This document shows positions 7,487 through 12,375 of a stretch of 12,375 nt of DNA, piece after piece (position 1 is the first letter of the stretch; the number at the start of each line of letters is the position of its first letter). A program made the position numbers and the translations under genes. The notes under the pieces were generated by a model. The model was given only the letters and a program-made list of their open reading frames with translations, was not told where the DNA came from and did no database searches. Origin of the DNA: Candidatus Eiseniibacteriota bacterium (GTDB taxonomy: Bacteria > Eisenbacteria > RBG-16-71-46); NCBI GenBank assembly GCA_031366795.1, contig JANLOX010000311.1, positions 1-12,375 on the forward strand. Reading direction: 5' to 3'.

Positions 7487-7944
7487 TGAATCACCCCGTG
7501 CTGGATCCATGTGCGGATGGCCTGGTAACCCGGATCACCGGTGGTCGCGAACACCTTCACGCTGTGCGGCACGCCGCCGGCGCTGAGGGCAAGCGGCTTG
7601 GTCAGGATGTGGCTCGAGTCGCGGACGGTGGGCGTCACTTGAAGCACCACCTGGTCGAAGTCGTACTGGGTGTTCTTTGCGCCTTGGGGGGAGAGTTCGA
7701 GGGTTCCGCGGATCCCTCCCCCATGGCAGTCGCCGCCGGTGTCACAACCGTGCTGGATCAGGATCGGCTCCACCGTCTGCGCGAACTCGGTGTAGTCGAG
7801 GCGCAGCGTGTTGCCGCCCGAAGGCGCTGCCGGCGGAGCGGTCGGACTCAGGCATCCGGCAAGGCACACGAGCGGCGTGAGCATCAGCACGATGGCGATC
7901 GCGCGGATGCTTGAGTTCCGGTCGGTGTGATGGCTCTGGATCAC
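7483..7944 (-). CDS. Small c-type cytochrome lipoprotein (planctomycete cytochrome c-like) with atypical CX5CH motif
   Basis: GTG at 7944 with GGGGAG SD at 7953-7958; lipobox LVCLAG|C; FAQTVEPILIQHGCDTGGDCHGG...SHILTKPL...VPH...YQAIRTWIQHG fits the F..V.PIL...C..CH...S.ll.kp...H...I..WI..G pattern. Confidence 0.8.
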   Translation of the reverse strand: MIQSHHTDRNSSIRAIAIVLMLTPLVCLAGCLSPTAPPAAPSGGNTLRLDYTEFAQTVEPILIQHGCDTGGDCHGGGIRGTLELSPQGAKNTQYDFDQVVLQVTPTVRDSSHILTKPLALSAGGVPHSVKVFATTGDPGYQAIRTWIQHGVIQ

Positions 7945-7951
7945 GCACTTT

Positions 7952-8004
7952 GCTCCCCGTCCGTTGCATTTCGCATGGCAGCAACCGCGAATCGACGGTG
8001 GAGC
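7952..8004 (-). promoter_or_regulatory. Putative 5'-UTR hairpin occluding the SD of the first operon gene
   Basis: On the minus strand GCTCC-A-CCGTC pairs with GACGG-GGAGC (10 bp, one bulge) and encloses an inner GTTGC/GCAAC stem. The 3' arm contains the GGGGAG SD. Confidence 0.4.
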
Positions 8005-8105
8005 GGGCGGCCTGAAAGTATTCGGACGCCCCAATAACCGACTCGGACTGCTGCACCTACGCGCTGTTCATCGTCCCCTCCGGTGGGATAGGCGGGCCCG
8101 GCAAG

Positions 8106-8121
8106 CGCAAGCTCCGTGCCT
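8106..8121 (-). promoter_or_regulatory. Sigma54 (RpoN) -24/-12 promoter for the leftward operon
   Basis: Minus strand AGGCACGGAGCTTGCG versus consensus TGGCACG-N4-TTGCW, with invariant GG and GC at the exact spacing. It is intergenic and oriented toward the gene starting at 7944; predicted TSS near 8095. Confidence 0.7.
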
Positions 8122-8278
8122 CATGCGACGGGCTCCGCGACGGGTGAGCTCACGCGATGCTCCACGCGGTTGCGTCGCTGCGATATGCGGCAGCCATGGC
8201 GGCCGCGATCGGCGCGGGGTCAGCGCAGGGCTTGCGCATTTCGACCGCGAGCCATGCGGCAAAGGGAGAGGGATAGCC

Positions 8279-8292
8279 CGCAACGCGTTGCG
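8279..8292. promoter_or_regulatory. Perfect 14-bp palindrome, candidate enhancer (UAS)/operator
   Basis: CGCAACGCGTTGCG is self-complementary and lies about 160 bp upstream of the sigma54 -24 element. Confidence 0.35.
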
Positions 8293-8399
8293 AACGGAGA
8301 GCTTGGATTTGCGCGACGTCTAAGGAACAGCGGGCGGGAAGGTGCAGTGCGAACGGTTCGCGACCGGGGAGTTGCTGTGCGGCGAACCCGTGCGGAATG

Positions 8400-8747
8400 C
8401 TACTTCAAGAGTTTCGCGTACTGCGCCGCGTCGAAGCCGATCAGCAGCGTTGCGCCCGATTCGATCACCGGGCGTTTGATGGCGGAAGGGTTCGCGACGA
8501 GCAGGCGAATCACGCCCGCTGTCGTCGCGGCGCGTGTCTGGGTGGCAGCGTCCAGTTGGCGCCACGTCGTGCCGCGACGATTCAGCACGGCATCGACGCC
8601 GAGTGCTGCGCACCAGCGGCCCACTTGCCCCGCATCGGGCGGCATCTTCTTGAAGTCCACGAACTCGTGGGCGATCGCCGCGGTGACGAGCCAGGCGCGG
8701 GCTTTCTTCACGGTGTCGCAGTTGGCGATGCCATAGAGCTTGATCAC
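8400..8747 (-). CDS. yffB: ArsC/Spx/MgsR-family protein (YffB-like)
   Basis: GTG at 8747 with GGAG SD; MIKLYGIANCDTVKKARAWL...FVDFKK...LNRRGTTWRQL...NPSAIKRPVIE...LIGF, the characteristic YffB sequence; 115 aa. Confidence 0.92.
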   Translation of the reverse strand: MIKLYGIANCDTVKKARAWLVTAAIAHEFVDFKKMPPDAGQVGRWCAALGVDAVLNRRGTTWRQLDAATQTRAATTAGVIRLLVANPSAIKRPVIESGATLLIGFDAAQYAKLLK

Positions 8748-8818
8748 ACGGCACTCCGATTCGAGCGCAGCACGCAAAGGGACGGTCGCACTGCTGCCGG
8801 GTTTCACCCAACGGCTAA

Positions 8819-9964
8819 CTAAAACACCACCACATGAAACATCCCTGCGGCCGCCGGGTCCAGCACGATGCGGTCCTTGAGCGGTGACTCTACCCACACG
8901 GTGTCGACGCCGTCGCGTCCGGGCGTGACGAGCACGGCGTCGAATTCGGCATGGGCCTTCGCGAGTGCGCGGGCCTTCTCGGGGCCGAGCACGAACAGCG
9001 GCGTGTCCCAGCTGTCGCAGGTGAAGGCGCTGCGCGATATCACGGTCACCGCCAACATGCCATCGGACGGCTGCCCGGTGCGCGGATCCATGATGTGGCC
9101 GTAGGTCTTGCCGTTGGCCGCGACGAATTGTTCGTACTTGCCCGAGGTGGAGATGCCTTCGTTGCTCAGGGTAATCTTCGCGAAATACGGCAGCCGATCG
9201 CGCGGGTCGCGCAGGCCGATGCGCCAGCCGGTCGACGTCGCGGAACGACCCAGCGCGAACATGTTGCCGGTGAGATCCACGAGCGCATCGGTGATTGCGT
9301 GCGCGCGCAATGAATCCACCGCGATGTCGACCGCGTAGCCTTTGGCGATCCCGCCCAGGTCGATGCGCACGCCGGGGTTCGCGTAGGCGAGCGTGCCCGC
9401 CGCGGCGTCGAAGCGCAGTTGCCCGGCCCCGACGCGGTGCGCCGCCGCGACGGCCTCCGAGTCCGCCGGTACATGCGGCTTGCCGCCGATGAAGCCCCAG
9501 GCGCGGATCAGCGGCTCGATCGTGATATCGAAGGTGCCTTCGCTGCCGCGCCACACTTCGAGCGCCTGCGCGATGACGCGCGCGACTTCGGGGTGCACGA
9601 ACGCGGGCCCGGCGGCGCACACGCGATTGAGCCTGGCCACTTCACTGGTCGTAGTCCAGTTGCTCATCAATGAGTCCACGCGCGCGAGCACTTGTTGCGC
9701 GATGTGGGCAGGCGTGACGACGCGGGCCGAGTCGTCCGTGACGATCGTGACGTTGGCGTAGGTCCCCATGGTGCGCATGGGGAAGGTCACCGAGTGGGGC
9801 GGGCCGGAGGCGCTCGAGCCGGCGGCGCCGGCGGCGGGCGTTGCATCGCCGGCCGTGGCGGAGTGGGGTAGGGGCAGCGCACCCAGCAGCGCGAGCGCGG
9901 CGAGCAGCGCGATCGCTCGCGCCGCGCATGCGCCACGAAACTGCCCAGATCCCCCAATGCTCAC
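8819..9964 (-). CDS. apbE: FAD:protein FMN transferase (ApbE)
   Basis: GTG at 9964 after an AGGAGG SD; signal peptide; motifs TMGT, MSNW...SEVARLN, SEGTFDITIEPL...WGF, IDLGGIAKGYAVD, WRIGLRDP, STSGKYEQ and YGHIMDPRTG. Confidence 0.96.
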   Translation of the reverse strand: MSIGGSGQFRGACAARAIALLAALALLGALPLPHSATAGDATPAAGAAGSSASGPPHSVTFPMRTMGTYANVTIVTDDSARVVTPAHIAQQVLARVDSLMSNWTTTSEVARLNRVCAAGPAFVHPEVARVIAQALEVWRGSEGTFDITIEPLIRAWGFIGGKPHVPADSEAVAAAHRVGAGQLRFDAAAGTLAYANPGVRIDLGGIAKGYAVDIAVDSLRAHAITDALVDLTGNMFALGRSATSTGWRIGLRDPRDRLPYFAKITLSNEGISTSGKYEQFVAANGKTYGHIMDPRTGQPSDGMLAVTVISRSAFTCDSWDTPLFVLGPEKARALAKAHAEFDAVLVTPGRDGVDTVWVESPLKDRIVLDPAAAGMFHVVVF

Positions 9965-10040
9965 CTGCGCCTCCTTTAGAACCGGCCGCCCGTACCGAGC
10001 GTCCACCGCGGGCGTTGCCCCCCCGCCGCGTTTGCCACAG

Positions 10041-10046
10041 TATGAT
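10041..10046 (+). promoter_or_regulatory. Possible sigma70 -10 element in the divergent apbE/GH1 intergenic region
   Basis: TATGAT about 30 nt before the GH1 ATG. The only -35-like TTGCCC (10015-10020) is 20 bp away, so spacing is suboptimal. Confidence 0.3.
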
Positions 10047-10074
10047 GCCGCGCCGCAGGATAGCCTGACCGCCC

Positions 10075-12324
10075 ATGACCCGAGCCCGCTCATCCGCACG
10101 CCCTGACCCGCGCTTCCCCGAGAACTTTGTTTTCGGCGTGGCGACCTCGGATCACCAGTGCGAAGCCTACGACCCCGAGCGCGAGGATATTCGCGACATC
10201 TGGGAACGCGCCACCGGTCGCACCCCGCGCGGCAGGGCGACCGACTTCTGGAATCGTTACCCGGAAGACGTCGAGCTGGCGCGGGGCCTCGGTTGCAAGG
10301 CGTTTCGCTTCTCGGTGTCGTGGACTCGTGTCGAGCCCCGGCCGGGCGAGTACGACGTCGCGGCACTCGAGCATTATGCCCGGCTCACCCGGTGCATCGT
10401 CGATGCCGGCATGCGACCGATCGTGACGCTGCATCACTTCACCTGGCCGCCCTATCTTGAGGCTGAAGGCGGCATGCTGGGCGAGACCTTCGCGGATCAC
10501 TTCGCGGAATATGCCGAGGTCGTGGCGCGAAAGCTAGGCGCGCAGGTCGGCTGGTGGATCACCTTCAATGAGCCGACCTTCATACCGCTGGGCTACCTCA
10601 AGATCTGGGGGCAGCGCGATTACATGATGCCGCCGGGGCTCGAGGGCGCGTCGAACGGCGAGCAGATCGCCGCCGCCTCGGCGCTGATGCGCAGCCTGTT
10701 CATCGCTCACGCGCGTGCGCGCATACGGATTCGTACCATCGTTCCGGAAGCGAAAGTCGGCACCAATCCGTTCGTGCTCGGCATGCCGGGCGTGGTGCAG
10801 GATTATCTCGACGGACTCGCCTCGCGCACCGACGACCCCGCGGAGTTCCAGCGGCGCGAACAGGCGCAGCGCGATGCCCTGAAGGCGGGCGGCTCCGGTG
10901 AAATCGATGTCGCCATGGGCGCCCTGAGTTGGACGCCCGAGCGCGAGCGGCACGTGATGTTCTCGAAACCCTACGCTTCGATGCGCCCACAGATGCTGGT
11001 GCGTGCGACGGGTCCCCTGAACGATGCGCGCCACCTGTCGGGGCTACGCATCGCGCTGGTGCGCGGAACGAATTCGGGACCCTTGCTGAGGGTGCTACCT
11101 GAGCCGCCCAAGCTGCATTTTGTGAGCACGTTGGATGAGGGCGTAGCACTTCTGCGCGCGAATCGCGTCGCGGGGCTCGCGTCCGACGACCTGTTGCTCG
11201 ACATGGTGGCACCGCGCGACGACGCCGCATGGCGGCGCATCGATCTCGCGAGCAACAGCACATGGACCTGCGCGGCCGTCACTCCCAATCACGAAGGCCT
11301 GCTCGAAGAACTGGACGCGGCGATCGAAACCGTGATGGGTGCCGGTGGCGCCGCCGGCGCCATGAACACGCTCCACGGGACCGCGGCCCAACCCGGAGGC
11401 CTTGCGAGTGCTCCCGTCGGCACGAAGCCCGAAGCGCCGCAAGCGCAGCCGGGGATCGCGAAAATCGTCGCGCGCGGCGAGCTCGTCGTGGGTGTGCGTG
11501 AGGGCGGCTCACCCTTCGCGCTGTTCGACGTGGCCACCCAATCATGGCACGGGCGCGAGGTCGACATCGCGCGCGCGTTGGCCGCGCGGTTGCTCGGCGA
11601 TCCGGCGAAGGTACGCTTCGTGGAACTCGGCGCGCGTGAGCGCACGCGCAAGTTGCACTCATGGCGATCGCGGCTGTTCACGTTTGTCGCGCGCTGGCGG
11701 GGGCTGTTCTCGGCGATCACCAACACCAACTGGTGGTACCTCGGCATGGCCGGCCGGCTGCCGGAATTCCTGTGTCCCGCGGAGTGCGTGGGGCAGTTGG
11801 ACTTTGTGGGTTTTGACTATTACTGGGGCGTGCCGGAAGTGCGCTGGGACCGGATTGCGCGATTGTTCGATTCGTTGGGCGGCCGTTATTCGAAGGCGCC
11901 GGTCTACCCCGGTGGGCTATTGCGGCTGCTGCGGCGTTATCGCCGGATGTTCCCAGGCAAAGATTTATTAATCATAGAAAACGGCAGCGTCGAGCATGCC
12001 GATGGCGTCTCTCGCGCCAACTACCTGCGCCGGCACTTGCGCGAGGTTCAACGCGCCTGCGAAGCCGGGATCCCCGTGCGCGCCTATGTGTGCTGGAGCA
12101 TCACCACCAATCGCGAGTGGGGCCTGCCCTTGGGCATCGACAGCGACTTCGGGCTGTACCGCGTCGATCTCGACACCGACCCTGAGCTCAAGCGCCTGCG
12201 CACGCCCGCGGCCGACATGTATGCGGCGATTATTCGTAACCGCGATGCGCGTTCGCGTGAGCGCCGTGGGCGGAACTTGATTGGGGAGCTGGTGAGGAAG
12301 GCGAAGCGGGGGATGGGGGCATAG
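10075..12324 (+). CDS. Glycoside hydrolase family 1 (beta-glucosidase-like) with an inserted SBP_bac_3 amino-acid-binding domain
   Basis: GH1 motifs FPENFVFGVATSDHQCEA, DFWNRYPEDV, FRFSVSWTRVEP, TLHHFTWP, TFNEP (acid/base E166, nt 10570-10572), DFVGFDYY, IIENG (nucleophile E635, nt 11977-11979), WSITTNREWG and FGLYRVD. Residues ~274-529 carry SBP_bac_3 motifs. No signal peptide. Confidence 0.9.
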   Translation: MTRARSSARPDPRFPENFVFGVATSDHQCEAYDPEREDIRDIWERATGRTPRGRATDFWNRYPEDVELARGLGCKAFRFSVSWTRVEPRPGEYDVAALEHYARLTRCIVDAGMRPIVTLHHFTWPPYLEAEGGMLGETFADHFAEYAEVVARKLGAQVGWWITFNEPTFIPLGYLKIWGQRDYMMPPGLEGASNGEQIAAASALMRSLFIAHARARIRIRTIVPEAKVGTNPFVLGMPGVVQDYLDGLASRTDDPAEFQRREQAQRDALKAGGSGEIDVAMGALSWTPERERHVMFSKPYASMRPQMLVRATGPLNDARHLSGLRIALVRGTNSGPLLRVLPEPPKLHFVSTLDEGVALLRANRVAGLASDDLLLDMVAPRDDAAWRRIDLASNSTWTCAAVTPNHEGLLEELDAAIETVMGAGGAAGAMNTLHGTAAQPGGLASAPVGTKPEAPQAQPGIAKIVARGELVVGVREGGSPFALFDVATQSWHGREVDIARALAARLLGDPAKVRFVELGARERTRKLHSWRSRLFTFVARWRGLFSAITNTNWWYLGMAGRLPEFLCPAECVGQLDFVGFDYYWGVPEVRWDRIARLFDSLGGRYSKAPVYPGGLLRLLRRYRRMFPGKDLLIIENGSVEHADGVSRANYLRRHLREVQRACEAGIPVRAYVCWSITTNREWGLPLGIDSDFGLYRVDLDTDPELKRLRTPAADMYAAIIRNRDARSRERRGRNLIGELVRKAKRGMGA

Positions 12325-12375
12325 CGGATCGGGAAGGGGGGCGCGTGGGAATCGCGAAGTGACGCGCGCTCGAGA

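Noticed and set aside
7965..7980. Second sigma54-like site TGCCATGCGAAATGCA on the minus strand
   Set aside because: Lacks the invariant GG at -24 and sits too close to the SD.
7945..8100. Known riboswitch (glycine-like ACTTTCAGG; FMN, cobalamin or c-di-GMP) in the leader
   Set aside because: Only one short fragment resembles the glycine aptamer; the other conserved elements of these classes were not found by eye. An Rfam scan would settle it.
8350..8360. LexA box (CGAAC...GTTCG)
   Set aside because: Spacer is 1 nt rather than the 4 nt of the Gram-positive-type SOS box.
8748..9620. Long N-terminal extensions of track ORFs (8400..9620, 8819..10366, 4204..5337, 4842..7229, 2769..4223, 3902..4561) suggesting fusions
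   Set aside because: Arg-rich off-frame read-ins overlapping upstream genes; internal starts with SD or ATGA coupling and signal peptides explain the real proteins.
11955..11985. AT-rich patch (AAAGATTTATTAATCATAGAAAA) suggesting foreign DNA or an internal promoter
   Set aside because: Short, in frame, and encodes the conserved KDLLIIEN nucleophile strand; no other sign of an insertion.
1..12375. CRISPR arrays, tRNA/rRNA, IS elements, integrases and Rho-independent terminators
   Set aside because: No spaced repeats, RNA gene signatures, transposase motifs or hairpin-plus-U-tract seen.

Overview
GC-rich bacterial DNA; the FlgD/T9SS-like C-terminal domain hints at an FCB-superphylum organism such as an Eisenbacteria-like lineage (inference). 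Positions 1-7944 hold a tightly coupled minus-strand operon of at least 9 genes for exported proteins, behind a near-consensus sigma54 promoter (8106-8121). In transcription order: small c-type cytochrome lipoprotein with an atypical CX5CH motif, outer-membrane beta-barrel, hydrazine-synthase-alpha (HzsA)-like diheme lipoprotein, TlpA thioredoxin, DUF4266, DUF3570 beta-barrel carrying a flavinylation-like motif, NHL beta-propeller/FlgD-Ig protein, unknown lipoprotein and a truncated probable beta-barrel gene. Upstream on the same strand are apbE (FMN transferase) and a YffB/ArsC-family gene. Together these look like a cell-envelope heme/flavin/thiol redox system. Divergently, a 749-aa GH1 glycoside hydrolase carries what appears to be a circularly permuted amino-acid-binding (SBP_bac_3) domain inserted between its two catalytic glutamates, a candidate ligand-gated glycosidase. 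All family calls come from motif recognition by eye; no searches were run.
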